From Dipteris shenzhenensis (lineage: Eukaryota): 64,000 bases of DNA. How positions within the stretch are numbered: the first letter of the stretch is position 1; each line of letters opens with the position of its first letter. The notes below the pieces were generated by a model. It saw only the letters and a list, made by a program, of their open reading frames with translations. It did no database searches and was not told where the DNA came from. The position numbers and the translations under genes were made by a program. This document shows positions 24,646 to 38,130 of this stretch, in pieces. The stretch lies in the NCBI GenBank assembly GCA_047967505.1, contig CM106538.1; one strand, given 5' to 3'.

Positions 24646-25149
24646 TTGTCAGTGTTTCGGCAAGTCTTGACCTGCATATATTTTCTACTTTCTTACGGAT
24701 GGAGGAAGCTGTTGTTTTTGTAGCAACCACACTTAGTGCTTGTATATATGCTTGCCACATCTCTCTTTATTTCTAGCTGATATGAAGTGATGGACGAGGA
24801 GTATGACAGTATCATATAAAACAAAACTTTGGAACTAGTAGATCTACCACCATGAAAAACTTCCATTGGTAATAAATTCATCTACATTATGGGGAGACCT
24901 TTGCACTTGTACCCAACCGTCATCATGGGTGGCCTCTTTATTTGATGGAAGTCTTAATGGTGGTCCAAAACAGTAGGTCATATGGATTGGCTTTGTGGGT
25001 TTGAAATTAAAAGGCAAGAAGAAGCATGTCTATACGCTGAAAGAGGCAAGCACCTCATGCTTGGTACTCAAAGATAGATAAACACTTTCAAGAGAGATTT
25101 AGCTCATTTGACTATATTCTATATACAAAGCATCACAATAAAGACAATG

Positions 25150-25480
25150 CATTTCTCATTGTATTATAAGTTGATATTGTTGCAAATAACGAACTAAGAA
25201 ATGATGCCAAAGAAGAATGAATCAATGCCTTTGACATGAAAGACTTGGAATACGTGCATTATTTTTAGACACAAGGTTTGGAAGGAGAATGACAAAACCT
25301 TATATGACAGACTAAGTATTCATAAGAAGTCCTCAAAAGACTTAGAATGGAGGATTGCAAATCAATAAATATTCAAATGAATCTAAGTGAAAATTTATTA
25401 AAGAATGTGGAGTCTTGGAGTAGATGGAACCTTATACATGCAACTTGTTGGAAGCCTGATACAGTTCTTTCATTAACATG
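25150..25480 (+). pseudogene. Decayed copia RT fragment
   Basis: FDMKDLEYVHYF, TKYS*EVLKRLRMEDCK, YMQLVGSL remnants. Confidence 0.65.
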
Positions 25481-26759
25481 AACTATTACTTTTTTGTGTT
25501 GATTTTTCTGTGTGCACCTCTTTAAGCATTACAACTTTACATAAAAGCTCAGGTGCCATTGACAAGGCTTGTGTAAAGAGAATACAAATTCCAATATATA
25601 AACTTACAATAACTCTGTGGAATTTATGCCTGTTGCATGTAATCTTTTACACTTGGGAATATACATATATTAGTATTTTTTTGACTTTGTTTCCTATTAA
25701 TGCATCAGGTCTTGTGTGTGGATTGGTGGAAGCACGATTGTATTGTAAGTGGGGGCACAGATTGCCAGTTGCAAGTGTTTTCCAAACTGCAAGTAAGCTG
25801 AAGGACATTAGTTGTGCTCGTTGATCCAGCTAGGTGTTTTTGAAGGAGGGCGCTTTGGCTCCAAAAGAGCTGTCCTATGCATGCCCAAATATAATCCCTA
25901 ATTAAACAAGTATAACTGCATAAATCTACCACACAATACCACTCATCTCTTCTCGGACCATGCAATGCAGATTTTGCTAAGATCGATAATTAGCGTATAG
26001 TGCATTTGTGCAGTTCCTTTTTTTTCCCTTTGGTTTTAGAATATAGAAAGAGATTTCTTGATGCTCATCTGATTTCTTGGAATAGATCAAACACATGTTT
26101 CCAATTTTCTAGATCATGTGATTTTTTAAAATCACTATAAGCATGTCTCATTACATTTTTTCAGTTTTTTTGGTGTAATTTCTGGATGTAGTCCAGTAAT
26201 TTAACAGAACTTCTGAAGGGGTTCATCAACTCATTTACTTTTGGATACATTTTTTGTGTCAAGTGCTCAAATTCCAATGTGGAATGAGGGGATTAAGGGA
26301 TTTGGATTGTCACAATTTGATAATTTTTTGCAGTGGTATTGGGATAAGTGCAATAATGAAGTGAAGGATTTGGTAGACATCATAATGCCTTTTGGGGCAT
26401 GGACTCTTTTTTCCCCTTCCCTTTCCCGCACTCGGCTTATTTTTTTGGGTTGGCTTGGATTGGGAAGCCTATTACTGCCGACTTGGATTTCAAAGCAAGG
26501 ATAAGGGTTCTGACTCAAGAAGACAGGCTTGAAACAATGTCTTGTTCATTGGGTCAGTATGGGTCAAGGTGTGCATTGATTGCCACTGAGACTGCTCAGT
26601 GGCCATAATCATTAGTGTTTCTTTTGGCAAGAAAATAAAGTTCTGTGGAGTGACCAAAACACATGAAGTCTAAAATTGTGTGAAAATCCTCGAATACATC
26701 AACATGAAGTGAGGCTGTTATAGCAAATCGGACTTGCCATGAAGGCCCTGTGGTTGAGT

Positions 26760-26900
26760 ATGGAGTAAAACATGGTCCCACTCTCTCATGAAAGCCGCTC
26801 TCTCGGCCACTGCTGTAGGCGAAGAACCTTGGACTCTGCTCCAAGTGGCGATGGGGGGTGTATGATATCCTGCATGACCAAACCAAAAAGAGCCTCAAGT
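26760..26900 (-). pseudogene. L1 ORF2 C-terminal fragment
   Basis: WSRVQGSSPTAVAERAAFMREWDH resembles QWDQIQGESRAGKEKRRRFLRDWDH of the LINE at ~5475-5548. Confidence 0.55.
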
Positions 26901-28425
26901 CAAGAAAGGAGGGTGCAAGACCATCGTACTTGAGGGTATTGAGCTTCTAGCAAAAACACATAAGCATCACATTCATTGGTGGTGGTTTTGAGGAGTGGGG
27001 GGGTGTTCACTCTTTGTAAACTCCATATAGCATGTGCGAGCAAGCATGTATTAAAAATACCCCTATTACTACGTTCCAATAGGTTGGTGTCCCTTCCCTC
27101 CCTCTTTGTTGTATGTGTAGAGTGTATTGTGCGAGGATTGTTGAGGGCGAATGGATGGCTAGGTTATCGCTGTGAGTCAGGCTTGAAGCAACTCACCGAT
27201 GAGGATAAAAGTAGGTTGGTGGTTAATAGAGAGAGAGGAGGGTCTTGTGTAGGGCTCAAAATGGGGAGAGGATGGAGGATAATGAAGGGGTGGAGTGGGT
27301 TTTTATAGGAATGGGTTTAGGGTTAGGGTTAAACCCTAAACTCTTCCCAGACCATAACTTTTCATGGTTAGCTCGGATCCCTCTTCTGTAAAATGGTAAA
27401 ATGTTTGAAATTGCGAGCCCTAACATTGATGTCCATTAGATAGCTTGATTTGCGCTTCAAGTGGATTCTTTTTAAGAAATAAAGAAATTTCTTAAGGTAG
27501 TAACCCAAGGTTGATGCTTGTGGTTGATATGTTTAGCCTTTAAAACTCTCCTTACTCTTGAGTGCTATGTTCTTGAAAATTCGTGGTAGTTTGTTTTTTA
27601 CACATACTTGCGTATGTTTACTCATTACTGAAGGCACTAGTCTCCTCGGCAAATGGTGCCAAATGTTAGCTCTTTCTCACGGCTTCTATAGGAAGAGAAA
27701 GGTATTCTTAGTATGCAGGGTTCCGAGGCTATATTGGTGGTGTTGTTTATAGTATAAGTGTAGATTAGGACCTTGTGTCGTATTTCGGTGAGAGACGTAG
27801 GCTTAAGTTTGGTAAGCAAACATAGTGCATGCATGTGTGAAAGGAACATGCAACATCATGATTCGAGTAATGAAGGCTTTCGCCTCCATTAGGGGTTGAA
27901 AGGTTTAGGATGAGTTTAACGGTTAGAGGGAGGTTCAGGGTTGAGAAGGAGGTTGAGGGTTTAGAAGAGGGTCCATGGTTTAGAAGGGGTTCAGGGTTTA
28001 GAAGGAGGATCGAAGATTCAGGGTATAACACATGGCGGAGAACACGTCTCCCTTGTAGATTATGGAGGTCAAGGATTGAGGGACTAAGGGTTTAGGGGGA
28101 GCATAGGAGTGGGAGAGGAAGATGTAAGAGCATGGGAAAGGGGGAGAGGGTGAAGAAGGGAGGAGGAGGAGGGAGGAGGAGGAGGAGGAGAAGAGGGAGA
28201 GGAGGGGTTGCAAGGTTGGAGAAGAGAGGAGTTGCAAGGTTAGGACATGCTTTTGGACGTGCAGTGCAAGGAAGCATGGACACTTGGAGACAATTGTCTG
28301 GAATACCAAAGTAGAACTCAACACAATGCTCCAAAGAGTGTGGGCTTCATTCCATTATGGGGTATTTATACAAGTTGGAGAGCTTCTCTCTCTGTAGGTA
28401 GGAATTGTAAAACATTCTCTCTCTA

Positions 28426-28540
28426 CATGTAGAACTTGCATGTTGCATGTAGGACTTGCATGTAGGAATCGTATGTAGAACTTGCATGTAGAACATGCAT
28501 GTAAGAGTTGCATGCAGGACTTGCATGTTGGAGATGCATG
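28426..28540. repeat. Minisatellite, ~13-14 bp unit (CATGTAGAACTTG)
   Basis: About 8 degenerate copies visible. Confidence 0.8.
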
Positions 28541-30477
28541 TTGAGGATTCCTAAGCGAGATTATTCCTAGCCTTATGCAAGTATAAGCAGAGCTTTGCTG
28601 CTACTCTACACACATTCTGTGCTACCTAGGTTCATGTTGTAGAGACAACAAGCATTAAATGACCTTGTCAAAATTTGCTTGTCTAGTCTTATCACTCGAT
28701 TTCTTGCAATGTGAGCTTGTTTTATGCTATAGAACTACATCTAGGATTTTCCAATGTTCACAAATTTTGAGTTCAAAGCTTTGAGTATGAACAATGAAAA
28801 AGGTTTGAATGGTAGTAGTGGTAAAAGGTAATGAATATCAGCTTAAGCCCACTTGGGTTGATGGAGGAAGAGATCACCCAACACTCTAATGGCTACTCTA
28901 ATAGCATGGAGGGGGATGAGAAGGGAGGTGTAAGTGGTGAAGAGGGACTGGGTGATCAAAACAAAGATTGATTGTTAGACTCTACTCACAACAGGGATTA
29001 ATTCTTGGAATCTAACCAGAACAAGATTGCTATTACTTAGTATAAAGTTGTGAGTTTAGGAAAATTGGTTTTGGTTTTAAGACTTACATTCCTTTCTTCT
29101 TCTCAATTCTAACCGATAATAAAAAATACCTTGTATGTGTTAAAAGTTCTTATGAAAATGTGTGTGTGTGTGTACTCTTGTTTGCTTAGCTCCATGCTGT
29201 GTTTATGTGTGGACCATGGATAGAAGGAAAAATAGTTCTTAATGCAAGAAAAAATGTTTTATGGACTTTTTTTTGGAAATGCAACAAGAGAAATGCATAG
29301 ATTTTTGGATGAAGAATGCAAATCCACAAGAATAAGTTGGAGGTACATAACCATTTGATGGTGATGTTGCAAATGCTTTTGATCAACATGCAACTAAAAG
29401 CCAATGCATCTTAGGTTGAACCTCTAGAATCATAAGTAGGCATTGGACCACCATTAGGTGAAACCTATGACAGTTCTAACTAGGCTTCACGTAGAGATTT
29501 CTTATGGTACTTTTAATCCTTTTCAAGATCCACTTTCACATAGGATGGGAAAAACCAAAATCTTCATGGCCCAAAATGGGAATTTGTTACTAAAATACTC
29601 GATCATGTTGATTTGAAATGCAACTCTGGGAAGGAGAGAAATTCGGGAAGAACCTCCATGTTAGGTTTATTATGCAAGCCTGGCATAGGATCTTGGGACA
29701 TCCCTTTGAGGAAAACAAGAAGTATGCTTCATCTTTCAAAGACTTTTCCACCTTTCAAAACAAGGAAGGTTGTTTGCACATGTTAGAGTATAGTAGTTGG
29801 CAAAAGACATGCCAACATGGAGATGGTGGGATCACATGCTATCACATGTAATAGACAAAACTTATTTCCTTTCTTTGCGTTATGTTTCTTGCACATATTT
29901 TCTTACATTATATCCTTAATTCAACTCCTCAACACAACTACCCTTGCACCTCTTTTACACTATACTTTCCTAGACATTATTTGCTTTTGGATGGATACGT
30001 GTGAGCCACTGTGCATGATTGAATGTAATGGCCATATAACCTTAGGACCATGCTTTCACATGCTAGCCAGTGCATGATATTAGAGACAGTCAAGAACGCT
30101 ACTAGAATAGTTATTATTGGTATTCTATATATAGAATAGGTTATTAGAATATATAGATATCTCTATGCATCTACATGTTTTCCACACACTTTAATTTTAC
30201 ATCGAAATAATGCAGTAATGATTTAAGAATATTGTATGTGATGCCAATGATCATGAATTTATCTGATCAAATCTATGGCTAAAGGCAGTATTCATTGACG
30301 AATCCACCATGCTATAGATACTAGCAACCAAAAGATGTTCCATGTAATCTTGCACATTGTAAGGACAAAGGTTTCCTTGTTTAGACATTTATATGATGCA
30401 TTTCAAAGATGGGTGTTTGAGTAGATACAACACGCAACAAGGAAGCTAGATGAATGTTTTTTTGACTAGATAGACCA

Positions 30478-31107
30478 AAAGGAGAGGGAGAGGGAGAGGG
30501 AGAGAGGAAGAGGGAGACAGTGGGGACATAAATAGAGGGGGAGCTCTAGAAGGGTGAGATTATAGAAGGGGGGAGAGAGAGAGAGAGAGAGAGAGAGTGA
30601 GAGAGAGAATTTTAGAAAGGAGAGATATGGACATGGAGAAGGAGATGGAGTTAGAGACGGAGACAAAGACAAAGATGAGAGAGACGAGACAAAGATAAGA
30701 TAGAGATGAGATAGAGATGGAATTAGAGACAGAGATGGAGATTTAGATGGAGATGGAGTTAGAAAGGGGGAAGGGGGAAGGGAATGTTAAAAGGGGGAGG
30801 GGTAAAGGGAATTTTAAAAGGGGTTATGGTGGGAGGGTAAGAGAGAGAGGGAGAAGGGGGGAGAGGGAATCTAGGAAGGGTGAGGGGCATTGAATTTCAT
30901 ATGGGAGGGAAAACATGGGATAGGTGGGGAGGGGATCGCAAAGGAAAAACGAGGCAAAAGGAGAGGGAAAGGGAGTGAGGGACGAGATGGGGGATAAGCA
31001 GAAGGGAGGGATGGAAAATGTGAGAGGGAATGGGATGGGGGATAGATGGGGAGGGAGGGGAAATGAGGAATTGATAAAGTGGGGAGAGAGAGAGAGAGAG
31101 AGAGGAG
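30478..31107. repeat. Polypurine/GA-rich low-complexity tract with (GA)n and GAGAT(A/G) repeats
   Basis: Directly visible composition. Confidence 0.85.
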
Positions 31108-33049
31108 TGCACACGATATAACTAGTTGTACACTATGTTGTATTGAACATGAACATGAATATATACATGATAACCCCTTAAGGTTAGGGTTTGCCCCTTA
31201 TGCCCTTAAGGTATGGTGCAATTTACACCATCCTCACCACCCCCTCTTAAATGGCAATATTTTTGTGGATTTTGTTTGGTGCATATAATATCATCCAAAA
31301 CTGGAAAAGAAAACTGAAAGAAATCAAAGTAGTATGTGTATATGTGAGCACAATGACTATGTAGTGGAAGCATGTACAATGAGTACAACCTATGTGATCT
31401 TATATATAATGTGCATTTCCCCCTCTTAAGTTGTAGGCCATCCTTGGACTTTGTCAACGGGTCATTGTTTGGTTGGGTGTAGCCATTTTTGGTGAGGTTC
31501 AGGGACTTTTCTGTATATAGGTATCTTGCATGACCCATAACTTATGCATTGCTGAACGGAATTCGGCAAACTTTGTCTTCAAGTTGTAGTACACATTCCA
31601 AACTTGAACATGAGAGGAAAAAATTATGGAATAAGGATTTGCATGTAAAGCATGCATCCTGAAGACTATAGGATATAGCAATTTATTCAAAAACATCAAA
31701 ATTTTGTTCTATATATACATGCAACCAGGTGATCATTCAAAAGTACACTATGTGAGCTTCTTCTCAACCCAAGGACACACCTAAATAAGATCATTATGCA
31801 TGGGTTAATGGGCATCCAATGTTTTGCTAAAGTGATGCATACCCATTTGAGCGCACGCTCCATAATTTTTTTTTGATTTGTTGAAACTAAAACGGATTGA
31901 AAATTTGAAATCCAAACTATTGGGACTAGTGCATGGTGGTCTTAGAACATTGATAGTTGTTGGTATTGGTATCTAGATTCACCCTAAAATAGAAGAAGTT
32001 GAAAAAGTGTAATTTGTGCATGTGAAAAGATATTTTAATAAATTTAACACTATTTACAATTTTGAATTGTTTCTTTTTCCACGCACTTGCTTTTTATATG
32101 GCTCATAAGCATGCCAAAGGTCATTTCATTTAATAATAAACACCATCAAACCTGATAGCGCGCCTTTTGGTCTAGTTGTGTTTTGAAGCATTTTAGGCCA
32201 TATTGCACTTGTTTGGGATATCCAATTTTGCTGACATGTATTGCCAGAGGGAGAAAAACCAACGGTTGAAATTTCGCTACTCCTACGAATTTTGAATTTT
32301 CACACCTCCCGTCCCTCAAATCTTGGAAGATTAAGTACTTACAACCTGCCCCCACCCTGCAAATGTCATACAACCTGCATGCACCTCGACATGACCTTGC
32401 ACAGACTTTGGTTTACCATTGCCTTCTTTCGGGTAAGTTGTCTTCTATTCTTTGCTTTCCTCACAAGCTAGATTCTCTCTTTTTTGGTTTGGCATTGTCG
32501 TCTTTCATTGATCGTCGCCATGGCAACGTGCAACTCGCCATGGCTTACAAGAGAATCAAACAGAGACTAGGAGATAGAAAAGCTGAAAAGCTTGGTCAAG
32601 GCACAAGGAATAGAAAACTCCTTGTAGAGCAGCAGCAGGAAGCAGGTGTTGCAGATGCATGCATTCAATCATTGCCCCATCAGAGCGAAGAAAATGAGTT
32701 GTGATGTCACGATTGGTGGTAGCATTCGAGGAAGCAACATCAGAGGCCATTCAAGTAAATACCATTCTCGAGTCTTCACAAGATTTAGCCTGCACTCTAA
32801 AGTTCATAGAGTGACAACCCTACCAACACCTTGTATTTTCATGCCAAAACGTCACTACTATTGCAATGACTTTTGCACTTAGGCTGTCTCTCCTTTTCTT
32901 GCGTTCTGTTGAAGCCCATAGACTACTTGGATCGGGATGATCAGGCATTGCTTCTACTCTTTGTGCATCTTTCGAGAGTTTCTCCAAATAACAAGGACAT
33001 CTGTAGAAAGTAGACGGGATGTAAGATGTTTAACGAGCACATCATACAC

Positions 33050-33570
33050 ATGCTTGATACAACGCAGGTCAGTGGTTGTCTAAACCATCTCGATGGTTGC
33101 TTGTGATTGAGATTTGGGATAGTTTACTTGTTTCATTTCTTGATACAACGCAGGTCAATGGTTGCCTAAACCAGCTCGGTGGTTGTTTGTGATTGAGCTT
33201 TGGGATAGTTTACTAGGCTGGCCTGGACTTAATGTGATTGTCCTAAACCATCTCGGTGGTTGGTATATCATGCAATCGTGTGGCTGGTTCAGCTCAAACA
33301 CTAGAACCAGGCTGCTGGCTTGGACTTAATGTGATTGTTCTAAACTAGCTCGGTGGTTGGAACATCATGCAATCATGGTTGGGTCAGCTCAAACACCAGT
33401 TATGTGATTGTCCTAAACTAGCCCGATGGTTGGAATATCATGCAACTGTGTGGCTGGTTCAGCTCAAACACCAGAACTAGGTTGACTTGGACTTAATGTG
33501 ATTGTCCTAAACTAGCTCGGTGGTTGGAACATCATGCAATCATGATTGGGTCAGCTCAAACACCAGTTAA
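33050..33570. repeat. Tandem repeat array, ~65-100 bp related units
   Basis: Recurring ATGTGATTGTCCTAAACTAGCTCGGTGGTTGG...CAGCTCAAACACCAG (about 4 copies) plus two related upstream units. Confidence 0.85.
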
Positions 33571-33817
33571 GGTTAGAGGAGGTAGGCACTGGCAACGAAA
33601 TAATGCATTTTTGTTGGTTTAGGATTACCTGCAACCCCCACAAAATATAACCTTTAGTAAATCCCAAATAATCACCACGCTTGTTTCAGTAAATCCCAAT
33701 CAAATAAATCCCAAACAAGGGAAAATATAAATCCCAAACAATATACTAATCCCAAACAACCACTGAGCTTGTTTTAGTGACAATGACTATGCATGAGGGA
33801 GCATCTAACTCACAGGC

Positions 33818-34066
33818 TCACATTTCTTGTAGACAAAATATATGGGACACAATAATGTTATTGTTACAAAGTATATCTTCCTTGTGTTTTTGAAATGTTC
33901 TTGTGTTTAAGGATTGTATGATTGGTTGGAGAGGGTATTGTACACTTAGGTTAATATAGTTGAATTTCCATGCACGTGTTGTTTTCAAGCGTTCAATTTC
34001 TTTGAGAACAGACACATCTACTTTGATGTGCTTCATTTGGAAAGGTTGTAATATGTAGAGGTTACA
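33818..34066 (-). pseudogene. Helentron/Helitron2-type fragment: helicase C-terminus fused to start of APE-like endonuclease
   Basis: NLYILQPFQMKHIKVDVSVLKEIERLKT...IQSLNTRTFQKHKEDIL..NNIIVSHIFCLQE matches the helicase-end / EEP 'SLN.R...H..D......DI.CLQE' junction. Confidence 0.6.
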
Positions 34067-34289
34067 TGGATCTCAGCAAGTTTTTTTTGTTCTTGGGTTA
34101 GTTGTTCTTGGAGGTTATGCAGGGTATCTCTAAGTATCTTTGTCTCTCCTTCCATTCTCAACAAGTGAACCTTTGCAAAGTGTGCTTCAGCATTGGAATG
34201 GCCGATGCGTTACAATATCCTAGTAAGCCTTGAAGATAATCGCTTACGTATTGAATCAAACTCGTCACATTTTCAAACAAAGGTGGAGC

Positions 34290-34820
34290 ACCTGTGAGCT
34301 CCAGCACACTGACGCATGCTCTCAGTGTGTTAGAGCTAATCACCAAGTTGAGTTCCTTCCCCAGTGCCGAAGGTTGTGCGCAATTACAAGAGGCTCATCT
34401 CCAAGTTGAGTTCTCTCCCAATGCCTAACGGAACAATGATGACCCATTTCCCTTGGCTCCCCATCTTGCAACATGGTTGGTCATCAAGGAATTGCTTTCT
34501 TCTTTGCAACTTCTTTCAAGGAACTGGCAGGATTATCAAGGAATTGCTTCTTTCAAGAGGGAACTCAACTTGGCGGTGAGCTCAATCGAGCACAACATTT
34601 GGCAGTGGACAGGGAACTCAATCTGGTGGTGAGCTCTAGCACACTAACACATGCTCTCAGTGTTATACAGCTTATCACTAAGTTGAGTTCTCCTTCCCTA
34701 GTGCCAAAGGTTGTGCTCAATTATGAATGTCTCATCACCAAGGTGAGTTCTCTGCCAGTGCTTGACGGAACAACGACGACCCGTTTCCCTTGGCTCCCCA
34801 TCCTGCAACTCCCTTGGTCA
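34290..34820. repeat. ~190-bp direct repeat pair (34290-34480 and 34628-34820)
   Basis: GTGAGCTC(C/T)AGCACACT...CTTGGCTCCCCATC in both copies. Confidence 0.85.
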
Positions 34821-35019
34821 TGGGTATGGCTGGTGAAGTGTTGTAGGATGGAGAGCCAAGGCAAACAATGGATCCCATGACTTAGGTAGCATTGGAGAGA
34901 GTGTGGAAGGGGGTAGGAGAGAATTTTTCTTGGGTGCGATGAATTGTTTCTCTGCTCTTAAGGCCTTTATGTAGCTAGACTTGCTGCCCTCCCACTCCTT
35001 TTTCCTTCATTTCTTGTGT

Positions 35020-35680
35020 CAGTTGTGTGACTGTGGGTGCTTATCACTGCTAAGAGCACACAATCCACCCGCTGGATGTTGCTGGTGGCCCAGCCTAGCG
35101 TAGGCAGCCATCCACATCATCGTCTAGCCATGACGCTAGTTGTGCGACTGTGGGTGCCTATCACTACTAAGAGCACACAATCCACCCGCCGCTGGATGTG
35201 GCTGGTAGCCCAGCCTAGCATAGGCAGTCATCTACAAGATTGTCTAGCCATGACATGCGTTTAGATGGTTGCCATGCTAGAATTTCATGGTCATCGGAGC
35301 CAAGATTATGATAATTCAATAGGAAGAGGGGGGAGGAGTGGTGGCACATGCACTCAGCTTACTGGTAGCCTAGCCTAGCCCAGGCGGTCATTTACATCAT
35401 CATCTAGCCATGATGCTCGATTAGATGGTTGCCATGGGAGAATTTCTCGACCTTACATCATCATCTAGCCATGACGACCGATTAGATGGTTGCCATGGGA
35501 GAATTTCTCGGTCATCAAAGCCAAGATCATAATAATTCAATGGGATGAGGGGGGGAGGAGCGGTGGCACATACACCTAGCTTTGCTGGTAGCCTAGTCTA
35601 ACGTAGCTGGTCACATACATCATCGTCTAGCCATGACGCGTAGTTAGATGGTTGCTCATGACGTGCGATTAGATGGTAAT
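35020..35680. repeat. Complex tandem repeat cluster
   Basis: Recurring ACATCATCGTCTAGCCATGA..TTAGATGGTTGCCATG and GCCCAGCCTAGC units. Confidence 0.8.
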
Positions 35681-37689
35681 TCTAATAGTGTGGTATGTTC
35701 TTACAGTCTATCTCATCTTAATGCTAGTTCTCATTCTAAACTATTATTATTACAAGCTGATAAACCGACTGAATGCTAATCTAAGCTTGTGAACTAGATG
35801 CAAGGTCATTGTTATTATAGTCTGATTCCAGCTCAATGCTAATCTGAGCCTATGAATTAGATGGTCCCTCATGCACAGTCATTGTTATTATTACAATCAT
35901 ATTGAGTTCCCTGTCTGCTGTCGAACGTTGTGCTCACATGAGCTCACCTCCAAGATGAGTTCTCTCTTCCAGTGCCTTGAAAGAAGTTGCTATGAAAAAT
36001 TTTATTTCAATTATAAGGTGCTCGTATTGTCCCACGCATACGAGGAATTCCGGGTCAAAATTATAAAAAAGTCCTACCTACGATAGCACTATGAGGTGCT
36101 CATATTGTCCCCTGCATACAAGGCACTAGGTCAAAAGTGTAAGAAAGTGCTAACAAGGGCAAAAAGTGACACCCAATCCTACCACACTGGTGGTGTTGAC
36201 AAGTGCTAAAAGTTTTTTAAGAAGCGTCACAAAGACAAAGTGCTAGCATCTTTGTACATAATCTATTTTATTAAATGTTTGCTTCGGATGTAATTTATTT
36301 TGTTTCAATTTTGATGTAATAATATTATCACAAAAACTATCGGATGTAATTTCTTTTGTTTCAATTTCAATGTAGTACCATTATTGCCAAAACTATTGTT
36401 GCTATTACTTCGGTAGTGAAAGTGGCTCTAAAGAAGAACAAATGGCATCTTTCTACCCTCGTTTACATTTTACTGCAACCATAGGGATCGTTGCACAAGA
36501 AATTGTTGAAAAAATTATTGTTACTGTAGTGAAAATGGTTCCAATAACCAGCGTGGTGGTTGCAAGGAAACTATACTAAATTGCAAATGTCTACATTTTC
36601 CTTAGCTATTTTCCTTAGCTTGGAACAAAAATAGCTCCAAGAACGTGTGCGGTGGTTGAGAAATTGTTGCACAAGGAGTAATACAACTAAAACATCTTCA
36701 AAATAACACTAGTTTCCTTGGTTTAGAACTAAAATAGCTCCAACATTTAGCGTGGTGGTTGCAGATATGCACCTTGAGGGGTCCCGTTAGAGATTGACAT
36801 GCCACGGTGGTCTTCATGCCAACGTGGTGGTCTCTCCATGCCAACATCATTACTTGAACCAGCACAGTGGTCAACGCAGTAAAAGATTGTGTTGTGCAGC
36901 GATAGATGGCAAAGCTGCACAATGACAGGTGGCAAGGAAAAAGTTTTGTGCTATAGTCAGGCCAACGTGGTTGTGCTCGAACCAACACGGTGGTCAGTGC
37001 AACAAAAGATTGTGTTACACAATGACAGATGGCGAAGCTGTGCAAGCAAACATGGCAAGGCAAAAGTTGTGTGATGTAGTCAGTAGAGGCAGAGCAACAG
37101 TCTCTGTGCTCATGAGTGAATGCATATAGTGCCATATGTTGAACTCTGCGCTATTGACCATGATAAGATTGCATCTCATTATCATGCCAGTGTGCATTCA
37201 TGACGTCGGGAAAATTTTCAACGAGAACGTGGGTCCGCGCAAAATTCAAATATTCACCCAAAAGCGCATTGCGTTGCGGTCCCAAAATGGCCCCGAAAAT
37301 AGTTCTGCGATTGGCTACACCCAAGCAAACATTGACCCCAACAAAGCCCAAAAAATAAGTTGATGGCTTTTCATGTGAGAATGTTTTGGCCTAGAAGAAC
37401 TTATATTTTGGATATTTGAGACTATTACCAGATTAATTCCTTCATGCTCATACATGGACTGTCCCTTCTAGAGTTATCTATCTTCCATAAGGACTATTCA
37501 CACCTAAACTTAGGTCTTTTCTAGAGTTCTCTTTGTTACTAACCATGTACACAACATATACACATCTGTCCTACCATATGTACATGGAGGATGACCATAT
37601 TAATGTACTTCAATATACCCATCATTGAATGGTCTCTATATCACATAGGATAAGCAATTTTTCAACTTTTCAAATCATTAGGGAAGGCA

Positions 37690-38130
37690 CTCAAGTCTGC
37701 CACTTGGTCCTCAAATAGTGAAGTGGCTAGATAGTTCCTTCTTTCACATGATGTTAAAGAAAGTGATAGTAGATGTTGATATGCTTTGATTGCTCATGGT
37801 CTTAGGGTTATTTTCCAATGAAAACCACGATCATTGTCACAAAATATCACCATAGCACCATTTTGGACTACACCAAGATCCTCCAAGATCCTCCAAAGGC
37901 AAAATGGCTTTGCATGCACATTGGGCAAGAGATATGTTTTCAAGCTCTGTTGTAGACAATGTCACAGTGACGTGCTTTGTGCAACACCAAGATGCACACT
38001 ATGAGTGTGATCCTAAAATAGACTTGTGGTTGGTGTCACCTTCCTAATTTGCACCACGAATCTCGTTAATTTGTGGTTCTACATATGGGCTCTCTTTCAA
38101 ATAGTTGGTTATCCTACAAAAGTACTATCC
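37690..38130 (-). pseudogene. Decayed copia RNase H fragment
   Basis: ASWCCTKHVTVTLSTTELE corresponds to the copia SW.SKKQ.TVALSTTEAE motif. Confidence 0.65.

Noticed and set aside
27313-27340. Telomere-like GGGTTTAGGGTTAGGGTTAAACCCTAAA
   Set aside because: Only a few units; such telo-box-like motifs are common inside plant TEs and do not show a chromosome fusion.
30300-30410. Possible SWIM zinc-finger remnant of a MuDR transposase
   Set aside because: Needs several frameshifts to read and has no supporting DDE region.
33220-33570. Repeat array superficially like CRISPR
   Set aside because: The intervening sequences are themselves repeated rather than unique spacers; eukaryotic context and no cas genes.
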